A stretch of DNA of 64,000 bases from Podarcis tiliguerta. Lineage: Eukaryota. The notes under the pieces are model-generated. The model worked only from the letters and a program-made list of their open reading frames with translations. It searched no databases and was not told the origin of the DNA. Below, piece after piece: positions 48,521-61,908 of the stretch. The DNA lies in NCBI GenBank assembly GCA_965153285.1, contig OZ229117.1; one strand, written 5' to 3'. The position numbers and the translations under genes were made by a program. Each line of letters starts with the position of its first letter. Position 1 is the first letter of the stretch.

Positions 48521-49465
48521 CCCAAATCATCTATTCAAGTATTCTGCTTGATTATTGCATTTCCACAGCATTTGAACTGCAACACCACCACCACCATTTC
48601 AGCTGTGAATACTGAATACACAGGATTGCCCAAATGTCGGGAACTCTTACTGGACAGCGCCTGTGACACCAAGGATGATTGAAAACCAACCATTGTCACC
48701 CTTTCCTGAATTTAATCCCTAATCAGGAGTACCACAATGAGCAGCATGCAGGGTAGTCTGGGCGGTAGACCATAGGGGCCCTTCCATTTTCTGGTGGGAT
48801 TCATTCACAGATGTATAAGATGAGCCTGTGGGATCAGGCCACTGTCTCATCTAGTCCAGCATCCTGTCCTCACTGTGGCCAATCAAATGCCTGTGGGAAA
48901 CTGAATACCAGCAACTGGTATTCAGAAGCACTACTGCCTCCAAACGTGGATGCAGGGTATAGCCATCATGGCTCGTAGCCATCAATAGCCTTCTCCTCCA
49001 TGAAATTGTCTAAATTCAGCAACTGAAACTGTTTTGGTGCTCTTGCACAACAAATCTGCTCTCCCCAAGCAGGCTTTTCTTCCTGTAAGGAAAATGCACT
49101 AGAACGTGTAGGGTAACAACTGCTGAATGGAAATTGCCTCGCCTCCCTGCAAACAAATCAGAATGAATGCACAGTAAACACCAGGCAAACACCTGAAAAC
49201 TCTGGTGCAAATGAATCTGGATGAACGTTCCATATGCAGGCCATCTGGAAGTGACCCGCATCTCCCAGGTTTTTAAGTTTGGCTGAATGAGAGAAAAGCA
49301 ATAGGAAGCCAGGGGCTTCTGATTGGCCAAACTACATAACTCCCTTATTGATCCAAGTGGCAGACATAAACTCTGTCCACTTCAATCAGATGCTTCCACC
49401 TGCTGTGTAAACTATATGGCCTGTCCCTGGTCTTTGACTCTTTCTTATTCCACATTCATACATGT

Positions 49466-49709
49466 GAGCCATGGTGTAGTGGTTAAGAGCGGTAGTCTCG
49501 TAATCTGGTGAACCAGGTTCGCGTCCCCGCTCCTCCACATGCAGCTGCTAGGTGACCTTCGGCTAGTCACACTTCTCTGAAATCTCTCAGCCTCTCTCAC
49601 CTCACAGGGTGTTTGTTGTGGGGGAGGAAGGGAAAGGAGAATGTTAGCCGCTTTGAGACTCCTTAGGGTAATGATAAAGCGGGATATCAAATCCATACTC
49701 TTCTTCTTC
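49466..49709 (+). mobile_element. Young tRNA-L2 SINE (Squam3-like) with a (TCT)n tail
   Basis: Highly similar copies at 57741-58021 and 59283-59534 on the minus strand. Confidence 0.85.
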
Positions 49710-49865
49710 ATAGAATTCATAGACTTCATAGAAAGTCGGAAGGGACCCTGAGGATCATCTAGTCCAACCCCCCCCCCCCGCAAGGCATGAATATGCAGCT
49801 TTCTCATATGGGGATCGAACCTGCAGCCATGGTGTTATCAGCACCACGCTTTAACTGAGCTATCC
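49708..49865 (-). mobile_element. tRNA(Ile)-CR1 SINE, tail-to-tail with the preceding SINE
   Basis: Reverse-complement head gatagctcagtt...cgtggtgctgataac and CR1 tail (ttctatga repeats). Confidence 0.8.
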
Positions 49866-50174
49866 AGACCGCATGTGTTTTCTCTATTTGTCTCAATTCT
49901 ACCCATAAAATAAGTAATAAGTAATGGCCCGTTCATATATTCCAGGTGAAGTAAGCTCTCTGGACTCCAGTTAATACAATTAGTTTAGGGGGCTGTCATC
50001 ACTAAGGAGGAAAGGCCTTAGGGAGGACCCACCTGAGAGAATTAATAGAGGGCAGGTAGCAAAAGAAGAAGAAAGAACTACCACATTTGTGTCTGAGAAA
50101 GGGTTGGACTGTCATTTGCACCCTTCTATGTGCATGGGAGAAGATGAGCCAGAGAGTTACAGGTGAAGGGGACA

Positions 50175-50179
<5 letters not shown>

Positions 50180-50258
<79 letters not shown>
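50180..50258. repeat. Compound microsatellite (CT)n(CA)n
   Basis: Direct sequence. Confidence 0.95.
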
Positions 50259-50262
<4 letters not shown>

Positions 50263-51398
50263 ATGCCTTCCTTCAAAAGAAAGTCCTGTTGAGAAGCAAA
50301 AGGTAACCAGCTTAGTGGCTCGCATGATGGACCTTTGCCCCAATAAGCTCTCCCAGTGGCGAGAAAGCAGGCAAGGTTCATAGCCCCATTTAATGGCTTA
50401 TTACTCCTTCATCTCTGGCCTAGAGAGGCGAGAGGATGAGAAGGCAAGGAGGGTTCTTCAGACACTCGGAGCAATAGGATTATAGGCCAGCCAAGCAGCC
50501 GCACTCAAGAGATAATGTAAGCCCTGCCAGCCAACTTTAATGCACATCTTTCTTTCAGGAGGTCTGGGGGCTTCAGAAGCCAGAGCACCTTGTTCCATCT
50601 GTGTCCTCCATCCTCTCTATCAGTGACCCTTGGCCTGACGGGACATAAATCCAGCAGAGGTTTGATGATAAGAGGGTGGTCTGTGTGCTGAGAGATGAGC
50701 ATCCTGGATGGCAGAAGACGAGGCGAGGAAAGCACTTGCCTCGCTCTTATCTGCTACAGACCCCATTTATACTAGGACAAGGACACTCTTTCAGGCGGTT
50801 TAGAGGAGGGAGGAAGCAAACAGAGCAAACCTGGGTAACACAAGGGTAACACACACATGTACACACTCCAAATCAGCATCCCCCAACTTTGTGCCCTTCA
50901 GATGTTTTGCACTACAACTCCCATCAGCTTAAGCCAGCCTGGCTTTAGACTACAGTTCCCATCAGCCCCAGCCAGGACCAGGTTCATTAAGGCTGCTCTA
51001 CGCAACCCTTGGCAAGCTAGATTTTTGTTGAGAAGTGAAGATGGTTACTCTAGTCTTGCCTTTCTGGGCAACTGAAGGGATCTCAAAGTTACTTTAGTTT
51101 ATTGAACTGCATTTCTATCTCTCCTTTCCTCCATGGAGCTCAAGGTGGCATGTGTGGTCATCATTCTCCCCATTTTATCTTCACAACAACCCTGTGAGGT
51201 AGATTAGGCTGAGAGACTGACTCACCCAAGGTCACCCAGTGAGCTACATAGCTGAGTGGGGATTTGAACCCTGGTCTTCTGGATCCTAGTCTGACTCTCT
51301 ACACCACACTTGCTTTCATGAATGTTTGCCACTGGGAGATCTGCAGCATGGCAGAGGGACTCACACACATGTGTATGCATGAGCTACCAGAGGCAGAA

Positions 51399-51773
51399 GG
51401 GGCGTGGGTGGTGCTGTGGTCTAAACCATCAAGCCTCTTGGGCTTGCCAGTTGCAAGGTCAGCGATTCAAATCTGTTTGACAAGGTGAGCTTCCATTGCT
51501 CTGTCCCAGCTCCTGCCAACCTAGCAGTTCGAAAGCACACCAGTGCAAGTAGATAAATAGGTACCGCTGTGGCGGGAAAGTAAATGGCATTTCTGTGTCC
51601 TCTGACACTCATCTTAGTGGTCCATGCACTAGAAGTGGTTTAGTCATGCTGGCCACATGAGCTGGAGAAGCTGCAGACAAACATCGGCTCCCTTGACCTG
51701 AAGCAAGATGAGCGTCGCACCCTATAGTCAAATTTGACTGGACTTAACCATCCAGGGTCCTTTACCTTTATCT
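51399..51773 (+). mobile_element. Full-length Sauria SINE (different, more diverged subfamily)
   Basis: Same diagnostic core; TSD TACCAGAGGCAGAA (51385-51398) / TACCAGAGGAAGAA (51774-51787). Confidence 0.9.
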
Positions 51774-52589
51774 TACCAGAGGAAGAACTTTCATGCCACT
51801 TCAGATCAGCCTTTTCCAAGCTGGTGCCTTCCAGATGTTTCAGACTACAACTCCCATCAGCTCCAAGTCATATGGCCAATGGGTCAGAGGGTAATGGGAG
51901 TTCAGCAGGGCTCTCCTTAAGTACTTAACCTAGTGCTTTCTAGATGTTATTGGACTATAATGATCTCTCTAGTCCATCATCTGGTTCTCACAGTAGCCAG
52001 CTAGATCCCCATGGGAAGCCCACAAGCGGAGTGCAACAGCCCTCTCCCACTTTTGATTCCCAGCAACTGGGATTCAGAGGCATCCAACAATGGAGGCAAA
52101 ATATAGCCATTGTGGCTATTTATAGCCATGGGGAGGGCGACCTCAGGTGTACACCAATGTTCTTTAATAGTCAGTATACACATTCCGCTGACAATTGTCA
52201 AGTGGTGGAAAGCCCTAACTTCTAGAGCAGGGAGGGAGCAAACATTTATACATTTCAAACTCTGTCCCTAAGGTGAGACCACCTATTCACCAGCCTCCTT
52301 ACATGCCAACCCATCCAGTCCAGAATTCCAGTCTGAGAGGTTCCCTCTGATTGTGAACAAAAGGCGCAGTACGAGCCCAAGTCTCTGCAAACTTTGCCAA
52401 CCTGAACTTTGAGGAGGAACTCATTCCCTTTGTGAACTCACAGTCCAGCCTTTGAACCCTGGGTATGCAGAAACACATCTCCAGCAGTGGATGGATTTAG
52501 GACCATTCAATGGTGACCATTAAAAACAGACTTGATTTCAAATTGCACAGACTGTGTCAAGAATTTGTGGCTAAGAAAAAAGGAGAGGG

Positions 52590-52870
52590 CATGACATGGC
52601 ATGTGAATACTGCCAATATCATAATGCCATTAGAATAATGGCACAACCACCCTTGGAATATTGTGTATAATTATGGTTGCCACTCACCTGAAGCGGGAAA
52701 AAAGATATCGTAGAGATGGGAAATGTTCAGAAAAGGGAAATCAAAATAATCAAGGACTGCAGCAAGTCCTATAGGAGGGAAGGTTACAACATTTGGGACT
52801 TTTCTGCGGAGATAAAAAGTGGGGAGAGTTGATAGAGGTGTTCAGAATTATGTATGATGTGGAAAAAGGA
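52590..52870 (+). mobile_element. CR1 ORF2 fragment
   Basis: ccttggaatattgtgtataa...gaggaaggttacaacatttgggacttt-like CR1 RT relic. Confidence 0.7.
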
Positions 52871-55800
52871 GAAGTCCCCACTCATTTCAAAGTATTCTCC
52901 TAGTCACCAGCCTGGTGCACCAAGCCGGACCCACCGAAGGGTCAATTTTGCACCACTTCCAACTGGGTCCCCTGCACCAGCACTCAGAAATCCACACTTG
53001 GTCTGGCACTTCCTTTCTTGCCCCTACCATCCCCCCCCTCTGTACTTCCCCCTCCTCTTTCCTCTCTCTGAAAATTGATAATTAACCTCTTGTCCACGTG
53101 GCTGTTGTGTTTATTCGGTTCGAGCGGCTGCAGGGTACTGATATGGAAATTGCAGTGCACAGCCAACACCTCATCCCCAACACAATCTGTAGCTGCTCAC
53201 AGCCGTTGGGCAGAGATAAGCAGGTGCTTATTCACCAGCCTAGCAGCAGCTGCAAGGGCCAGACTACCTGATCACTCCAATCTTGGTGAAAAACTACTCG
53301 ATGTTGGGCTAATGCGATGGAGAGGGCCGATAGGCACTGGGTGTGTGGCTGGTGGAGGGGTGGCCACCTCCAACACCCCCCCCCCCCACAACTTTCTTGC
53401 TCTCATCTTCCAGCTTTCACCCCTTCCCTCTCTCTTCCAGGCTCATTTCTCTTTCCCTCCCTTATGCTCACCCCTTTCTGTCTTCCCTCTTATCTTTTAC
53501 TCCAAACCTCCCTTTGATTACTTTTTTTTTAAAAAAAAGAATAATTTATTTCAGTTTGTTGTGTCCCTTTTCTGCCTGTTGTTTCCTTTCTCCCCAGCCT
53601 AGTAATTCACGTCTTCAAGAGTGACTTTGTACCTCTCAGGTTCCCATGGGAATCATATCCTGCGATGGCGAAGAGATTAGGTGCGACACGGAGTCTGGGT
53701 TCTGGCATCAAAGCAGAGCACCTTTCACAGCTGGAGTGGGCTGGCCAGGATCTCTGGAAATGTGACGACAGTTGTTAAAGGCACTTGCTTACAGGAGAGG
53801 GTTGTTGGTTTGTTTTTGGAGATGTTAGAGCACTAACCTGACCCCTGACAGCTCCAAAAGGACTAGGCTGCTAAGCACATTGATGCTCACCAATCCAAAC
53901 AGCAGATCAGAACATTAGTAGGAACATACAATGTGAGATTGTTGCACCAAATCCTTGCAGCTTTGCACCCCTTTGCAGACTCTGCCCCCTCCAGGTAATG
54001 CTTCTGTTACTGGAAGTTCCCATCTGAAAACTCCACAAGTTCTGCAACTTTCTCATTGCCAGAATGTAGAAGGATCGTCTGAACTTTCCCCAGATGGAAG
54101 GTCATGGCTGCAGAGAGCAGCTGCTTTGCATACAGAATGCCCCATGTTTGATCCCTGGCATCTCCAGTTAAAATGAACTCAGGCAATCTGTGCCTGGGCT
54201 AGATGAACCAAAGCTCTGCCTTTCTCTGCATCAGGCCACTGAATAGCTTTGTGCGATAAGCGAGGGCTGGAACGCCTGGCGCTGGAAAGGTTCTGAGTGA
54301 GTCTTCTGCCAGTATCAGAGCAGAGATTGAAGGAGTGGCAATCCCTGTTTTATCTGGGCAAACCAGAAGGGTAAGGCTAGCAAACTGCGCCATGTAAAAC
54401 AATCAAACAGAGATGCCTAGCAAAGCGGCAAATCCCAAATGCACGCTTGGCTTTTGCAGTCGTCCATTACATGGTTGTTTTTGTTTTTGAAAAGTTGGGA
54501 ATGATCCAGGGGGGAAAAGTAGAATTGGGTAATTATTGAGAATCACTTTTTAAAGGAAAACCGAAAGTATTTGTTTAGCAAACTTAGATGCAGACAAACA
54601 CATCTTCAACCTCAACCCCTGGAGCGCTGAAAGCAAGGAACACCAACTGGCAATTAGATCAGTTCATAAACAAGGACAGCAAAAGCAAAAAACCAGGAGG
54701 AGGCCTGAGGACCTCTTTATCTCTCATCCCAGCTCTGCATGCTCTTCGTGCTTTTGCCTGGTCTTCTTGAGCTGGGATAATGTTGTGCTCCAATAGATGC
54801 CCTCAGGGGTGAGGGTCCAATTCTCAGGTGGGTTAGCAAAATACCCAACAATGAGAGCGGGGTTGCATGTGCAACACTGTCCAAACAAACTAAGGTCAAG
54901 CACAGAGAACCAGTCTACGTCTGAAACCTGAGCCAGAGGCAACGTCAGGCAGCAGCACAAGGTCAGTATCGCAGGGAGTTGAGGTAATGCAAAAAACAGA
55001 AAGGAGGGCTAATTGAAATGAGGAACAGGAATCCCCAAACCTGTGTTAAGTTTCAGCAATGGGAAGGCTCAAGATATATTCACAGCTTTGTATTCTGGAC
55101 AGTGAGGGCCCAGCTCACTGGACAATGAGGTTCCCACATCTTTGGAGAGAAAAGCAGCTAGCCAGGGGGAGGGATTTTGAGCAAAACTAGAATAAAGCTT
55201 CCCAAAGTCAGTCCTCTGTTCCAGAATGCATCCCTCTTGTGCAGTCTCTTATGCACGTGTGCTAATACAACATTTGACCCTTGCAAATGCAAACTCAACC
55301 ACTCGAGCCGAAGACTCCTGAACGCCATCTGCCCTGGTTTGTTTATCTGTGAAAGTTGTCAAAGGTGGCAGGAAAGGTAGAGAGATGCTGCTCTTTCTTT
55401 CGGAGGAGGCATCTGGGAGAATTTTCTCTCTCCTGCCTTCCAGCTGGTGGGTTAATGAGGTTATAAAATTAGGGAATTTACTAGGAAGGAGAAGGTGGAA
55501 CACCTCTAGCTCAGTGTTGTCTACCCTGAATGGTGGCTGCTTTCCAGGCTTTCAGGTCAGGCTGCTTTCCCATCCTTACCTAGGGGTGCCAGGGATTGAA
55601 CCCAGGAGCTTTCACATGCAAAGCAGATGCTCTGTGACTGCATTGCAGCCTTTCCCATAAGACCTCTGACTGCATGAGATTTGGAGTAGAGAATGTCAAA
55701 GGAGTGGAGGACCACCGGCTGAAGCTCCCAGCTGGAGATGGGAGAAATGTTCGATTCAGTCCCCACTTAAAGGTGGATCTTCTTGATTTGCACTATCAGA

Positions 55801-57740
55801 AAAACAGGAAGTGAACCAAAACGCAACCATCCTTCAGAATCTGCACGTCTCCACATTTGGTAATGCAGTTCTCCAGCTAATGACTGTGCACAAAAACGCA
55901 TAAATTAGTGAAAATAACATGCAGAAATGCATTGTGTTAGGGGAAAAAACACTACCAAAAACATAGCAAAGAGTATTTATAATCCAGTTAAATCCACAAT
56001 CAATAAAATACACTGGACAGCAGAGCATAATATAAAATGATAAAAACAACAGTGATGAAATATCAAAGTGGCACTAAAGCACACACAGAAAATAGTTTTA
56101 ACCTGGTGCCTAAAGCACACTTTACCTGCTTTATTTATTTGCCTGATTTTTTTTCATTCACTCAGTGGTTTGTTTATTTGTTCATTTTTATTGATTTTTA
56201 TACTGCCATCAGTCAGTTGACTTAGTGTGTCATGAAAGAGCAGCACATGGTTTATTATTTAATTTAGTGGTAGTAGTGGTAGTATATTTTTACTCCCAGG
56301 GAGAGGCAGTTGTAGGATTTTCTGCTTCAAGTGCCAAAATATCTTAGCCCCAAAGTACTTTGCACTTTGGCTTGGAGAGAATGCCTCTGTCCCCCATTAT
56401 TCTGATATAGCATGGAGAAAATGAATAGAGTTTTATAAAACAAAAATAAAATATCCCTCTCTCATATTACCAGAACCTGTGATCACCCCATGAAGCTGAA
56501 TGCTGGAAGATTCAGCATAGACAAAAGGATGGGCCTCTTCAAACAGCACGGTTAAGCCATGGAATTTGCTCCCATGAGAGATAGTGGCAGCCACCAACTC
56601 GGATGGCTTTGGAAGAGGATTCCACAAATTCATGGAAGAGAAGGCTACCAGTGGCTACTAACCATGATGGTATGTTCTCCAACAGTGGAGAATAATGGAG
56701 AACAGTATTGCTCTGCATACTGTTTGCTGGGAAGAGTGCTGTTGCACTCAGAAGGACCATCATCCACTCTAGAGCATCATCTTTGCATGCAGAAGGTCCC
56801 AGGTTCAATCCCTGGCATCTTCAGGTGCCACCTGAAATCCTCGAAAGCCACTGCCATCACCCTGGACAGTAATGAACTAAATGGACCAGTGGTCTGGCTC
56901 AGTAGAAGGCAGCTTCCTATGCTCCTTCTATCCTACTTGCGGGCTTCCCATTGGGGCATCTGGCTGGCCACTGGGAGGACAGGAAGCTGGACTAGCTGGG
57001 CCTTTGGCCTGATCAGTGAAGTGGCTGTGTTAGTTCTGTGCTTAACGTTGGCAGATCCACCTTAGCTGACCTTCCCCAAGCAGAGAGAGAGTGCATTGTT
57101 GGGTAAATGAAGGCTACCACAACACACAAAGTCCCAGATCCACCCTGTCAGGCAGCAAGTGAACTGAAGTGCCTGGCAGCTGTTGGAAGGGGGTGTCCCT
57201 CCCAGCCCTGTTCCCTCTTTGGGCCTGACTCATGGGAGAGGATGTGAGAGCGGGTGCAGCTTCTCTGAGCTGACAGGGGGGTTTTCCGTTCTGCTGAGAG
57301 CAACAAAACGTCTTCCCCTCTTGTTCATAATGAAACTAGAGCGGGCCAGGAGGGGGGGTCCCCACCCAAAAATAACAAGCCAGGCTTATTGCGCGGCTGC
57401 TGGAACAAATCTGTCTTGCGGCCCAGTCACCGATGCATAGAAAATGGGGCACCAGGAGGGGCAAGGCCCCAGCAGGTGCAGGGGGCATCCCAACTTGGAA
57501 ACTGGTGTTGATCAGAGCAATGCAAGAGGCTGCAGGTGTCAGCACAGGCTGGCAATGCAGAGCGACACAGCTGCCTGCCCTATTGGGACACAGGCGTACA
57601 CTCCAAAAGGGCTTCAGGGATGGCCTCCTTGCTTTCAGATGTGGTGGCAGAATTGCAGCGGAAGCAGCTTTAAGGAAGGGTGAGATAAATTCAGAGGCAG
57701 AGACAGGTTCAGGGGTAGGCATGGCTGGGCACCTAACAAA

Positions 57741-58021
57741 AGAAGAAGAGGAAGAGAAGGAGGAGGAGGAGAAGGGGAGGAGTAGTTTGGATTTGATATC
57801 CCGCTTTATCACTACCCTAAGGAGTCTCAAAGCGGCTAACAATCTCCTTTCCCTTCCTCCCCACAACAAACACCCTGTGAGGTGAGTGGGGCTGAGAGAC
57901 TTCAAAGAAGTGTGACTGGCCCAAGGTCACCCAGCAGCTGCATGTGGAGGAGCGGGGAATCAAACCCTGTTCACCAGATTACAAGTCCACTGCTCTTAAC
58001 CACTATACCACACTGGCTCTC
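57741..58021 (-). mobile_element. Young tRNA-L2 SINE (Squam3-like)
   Basis: Reverse complement of the 49466-49709 family; expanded purine-rich tail. Confidence 0.85.
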
Positions 58022-59282
58022 ACCAGAAGAGTCCACACTTCTCCAGGCATTGGAAGACAGGCTCTTAGGGTGAAGGGGGCACTGTCCCCACCAGCCTCAG
58101 TTTGTCATGAGCTCACCCCCCACCTGCTTGCCTTCTTATTTAAATCTAGTCCAATTCTGGTCATGTTTCAAGCGGATTTTTAAAAACAAAAAATCACAAA
58201 TGGATGCAGAAATGTGGCCAAGTAAATTTAGGATTGGGAAAATCAGAAACTGAGATGAACTAAAATTGGCAAATTCATCCACCCCTAGTTTAAAACCATA
58301 ACACCAAGCCAGCAAGTGCCCTGCCTATGGAGTTGGGGGTGGACTAAAGGTCTTCAGCATGTAGCAGAATGAGTTCTGGCTGTGTTATCAAACAGAGAGG
58401 CACCTTTGCAATCAACTCCTGCCACCCAAGATCCTTTGACTTGGAGATACCAAGGACCGAACCTGTGTGTAGCAGCACTCCCTGCTCTTTTGATTCCTAG
58501 CAACTGGTGTTCAGAGGCCTGTCCTGCCTCTCCATAACATATGAGGTCACCTTCTATTGAGGCAATCCACTGGCCCACCTAGTGCCTTCGTCTCTGCCTA
58601 TCGGTATCTCTCCGGGGTCTTTTTGAACCCTGCGTCTTAGCTCCTTTTAAGTGGAGATGCTACTAAATGAGCACAGCACCCTCAAGCCTGTGCTCTACCA
58701 TGTGGCAACAGGCCCTCCCCAAGTCGTGAGCCAAGCAATGAAGGGAGCCAATAACCTGTTGCAAGAACTCCCCAAGGTGCAGATGTCATGCTGCCTGGTT
58801 AGTGGGGACTCAAACTAGCACCACTACAGAACGTGGAAGCAAAAGGGAAACATCTTCTGCAGGTCGCCATCACCTCCTTTTCCATTCCCACCCCCCAGTG
58901 GTGCATCTCAAGGGAGCGTCAGGGGGCATGTGGTGCTCTACTTTAAATGTGCATTTCCTCCAGCCTTTCACTTCTCTCTCTCAAACAAGCCACTTCCTTT
59001 CTCCAGTGCCCCCTTCTCTTGCCTCCCTGGTGCTCTCCTACACATTCTTGACCGATAAGAGGGAGAACATAGCCATTGGTAGCTTCCTCCTCTTCCTCCT
59101 GCTCCTCCTCCATGAATTGATCTAATCCTCTTTTAAAGCCGTCCAAGTTAGTGGCCATCACTTCCTCTTGTGGAAGTGAGCTTCATAGTTTATCTACAGT
59201 ATATGCTCTGAGCATGGGGGAGGAGAACCTTTTTTGCCTGCCCTGAATCTTCCAACATTCAGTGGATGTCCCTGAATTGTGG

Positions 59283-59534
59283 GAAGAAGAAGAAGAGTTT
59301 GGATTTGATATCCCGTCTCTCACTCCCTTTAAGGAGTCTCAAAGCGGCTAACATTCTCCTTTCCCTTCCTCCCCCACAACAAACACTCTGTGAGGTGAGT
59401 GGGGCTGAGAGACTTCAAGGAAGTGTGACTGGCCCAAGGTCACCCAGCAGCTGCAGGTGGAGCAGCGGAGACACTAACCTGGTTCCCCAGATTACGAGAC
59501 TACCGCTCTTAACCACTACACCACACTGGCTCTC
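59283..59534 (-). mobile_element. Young tRNA-L2 SINE (Squam3-like)
   Basis: Reverse complement of the 49466-49709 family. Confidence 0.85.
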
Positions 59535-60566
59535 AGGGATATGGGAGAATTCCACTTCTTCTTCTTCTGGGGCCCTCTTTGAGAAAATATTGCAGTTGGC
59601 TTGGGGAGGGGGTTGTCCTGCCTGGAAGCCCTGCCTTCTCATGTCCTGCTTAGAAGAATGAGCAGTGGGGCAGCTGTGGCAGGGACAAATACAGCAGGGG
59701 TGGCTCATCACATTTTTAAGTAAGTGCACATTATAAACCCTCCACTGCAACAGGGCATTAAGTCCGGAGTATAAAATTACTTTGCTGTTCCGCAAGTGGC
59801 ATTAAGGCACGATCAAAGGCTCACATTCTCATGCCACACATTGACTTGGCTATCGAGTGGGAGGGGGAACCTGGATCTCCTCCTACTCTGCCCGCTCCTC
59901 CTGCAAGTGCTCTTGATGGCTGAGGGGTGGAGAGTTCTTGGCTCGCCTGTCTGTCCCCAGCTCAGGCCTTGCTTCCATGTTTGGGGAAGTACAAAGGGGA
60001 AGTTGTTCGGAAATCGCTCCGGAACGGCTGGTAGGGCTTGTGGAGCTGGACTTGCCCACTGACACAGATGGTTCCTGTTGGGGGAAAGAGGATGGCGCAG
60101 CTGTCTTCCCTCCCCCGCCTTCTGCACTATCACCACAGCGCAGCTGTTTTGCCTTCCCCTCTCGCTGTGGGGCATGACCCTCTTTCCATCTCACAACCCA
60201 CACCCAGCCTGCGAACTCTGTGTGCACCAGCTTGCCAACTCTCCCTGCGTATGGGTTCCTAATGGGCCTCCCGTGCATCGAAAACAACACGAAGGGGGTG
60301 AAATCCAACAGGTGAAGCTGTTCACTGCATTGAGGCACCCGGTTTCTTCTGCTGAATTTCTGCCTGCCATGCCATTCAAGTGGCAGGAAAGTTCATTGTG
60401 GACCACACAGCTGGTGCCAACCCTTTGCCAGTCCCCCTTCTGCTGGGATACATGACCAGGAACAGAACAGACCCTGCACCTCCAGTTGTGTTTTGCACCG
60501 CTGTGCTCAAATGCCATTCCAAAGTTCCCCCAGTGGCAAAGCCTTTGGCAATTAGGCCTTTGAGCA

Positions 60567-60567
<1 letters not shown>

Positions 60568-60601
<34 letters not shown>
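60568..60601. repeat. (CAG)n microsatellite
   Basis: Direct sequence. Confidence 0.95.
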
Positions 60602-60602
<1 letters not shown>

Positions 60603-60619
60603 GAAGAACATGCATTCCA

Positions 60620-61010
60620 ATGGGGATGGAGGAGAAATTTGATACATTTTGCACATTCCAAAGCAAGGCATGAACACAAGCACAGCTGCCTTTCACAATT
60701 AGCACTTCTCTGAATTTTGCAATGCAGTTTTCTAGTGAAGTGATGTGTACAAAAATGCACATACTGTGGGGAAGTATTCATAAAAAAATTATATTTCAGA
60801 GGCACAGAAAAATGCATTACATTTGGCAAAATTGCACAAAAATGTGTATATTGGGAGAAATTTGCGATAAATGCTGATGAATTTTAATGAGGACCTTGGT
60901 TTTTTTTTTAAAAAAAAACAACAACAAGCTCATCTGGAAAGGTGGAGAACTAGACTTAAGTTTCGGGAAAGGAGAAAGTGAGAGAAAGTAGATTTGACCG
61001 ATTCACTTCT
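60620..61010 (-). mobile_element. AT-rich non-autonomous DNA element (hAT-like)
   Basis: Same family as 6252-6667 and 21320-21745. Confidence 0.7.
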
Positions 61011-61740
61011 CTGGGGCTTACTCCAAAGGAGGAGTTTAGATTTCAGCTGTGGTTACTTATCCTGAGATGAAAGGGGGGTGAGGCAAAGGCTGCAATTCCA
61101 CGCATCCTTACCTTTTGGTACCTGTTCATACAATCAGGCTGCCAGCAATCCTTCCTTCTAGTAAGCATTCGTCACTTTTAAATAAAACTGTTAGCCTCCA
61201 TCTGCAGGCACACTTGCTGCTGAAGCCATTGCAGGACAGAGCACTGCGAGTAAATAAATGCAGCAAGGGGAAGAAAGCATTTAGGGACAGAAGAGGGAGT
61301 TCAGGCAGCTGTCCTGCAAGGCTGCTGGGCAGGGTGGCTAACCTGTGGCCTTCCAGATGTTGCTGTCAGAAACATTGAGGGCTGTAGTCCAGCGACATCT
61401 GGAGGGCCAAAAGTTGGTTAGAGGTTTGATGGAGGGACATTACCAGTAAGAACGTAATAAAGTTCTTCTTCAGGCAGTGCATTGTTAAACTATGGAACTC
61501 GCTTCCGCAGAGTGGCTTTAAAAGAGGAGGAGGAGGCAGATTCATGGAGAAGGAGGCTATCCATGGCTACTAGCCATGATGGCTATGTTCCACCTCTACT
61601 GTCAGAGGCCTTGTGACACCACCTTATTATCAGGACAGACCTTTAGTCCATCTGGCTTAGCGCTGAGCACCCTGACTGGAAGCAGCTCTGCAGTTTTCAT
61701 GCTGAGAGAGGCTCTCGGTGCAGCTCCAGGGTCTCATGAA

Positions 61741-61908
61741 AAGGGCTGTAGCCCAGAGGTAGAGCATCTGTTTTGCATGCAGCAGGTCCCAGCTTCAACC
61801 CCAGGTAGGGCTGGGGATCCCTAGAGAGCCGCTGCCAGTCAGGGTGGACAATACTGAACTAGGAGGGCCAGTTGTCTGACTCAGCATCAAGCAGCCTCCT
61901 GTGTTCCT
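61741..61908 (+). mobile_element. tRNA(Ala-like)-headed SINE
   Basis: gggctgtagcccagaggtagagcatctgttttgcatgcag...aatactgaactagg. Confidence 0.8.

Noticed and set aside
57336-57905. 189-aa and 150-aa ORFs
   Set aside because: They run through a SINE and its purine-rich tail
60191-60829. 212-aa ORF and poly-Q/poly-L/poly-C ORFs
   Set aside because: Produced by a (CAG)n microsatellite and an adjacent MITE
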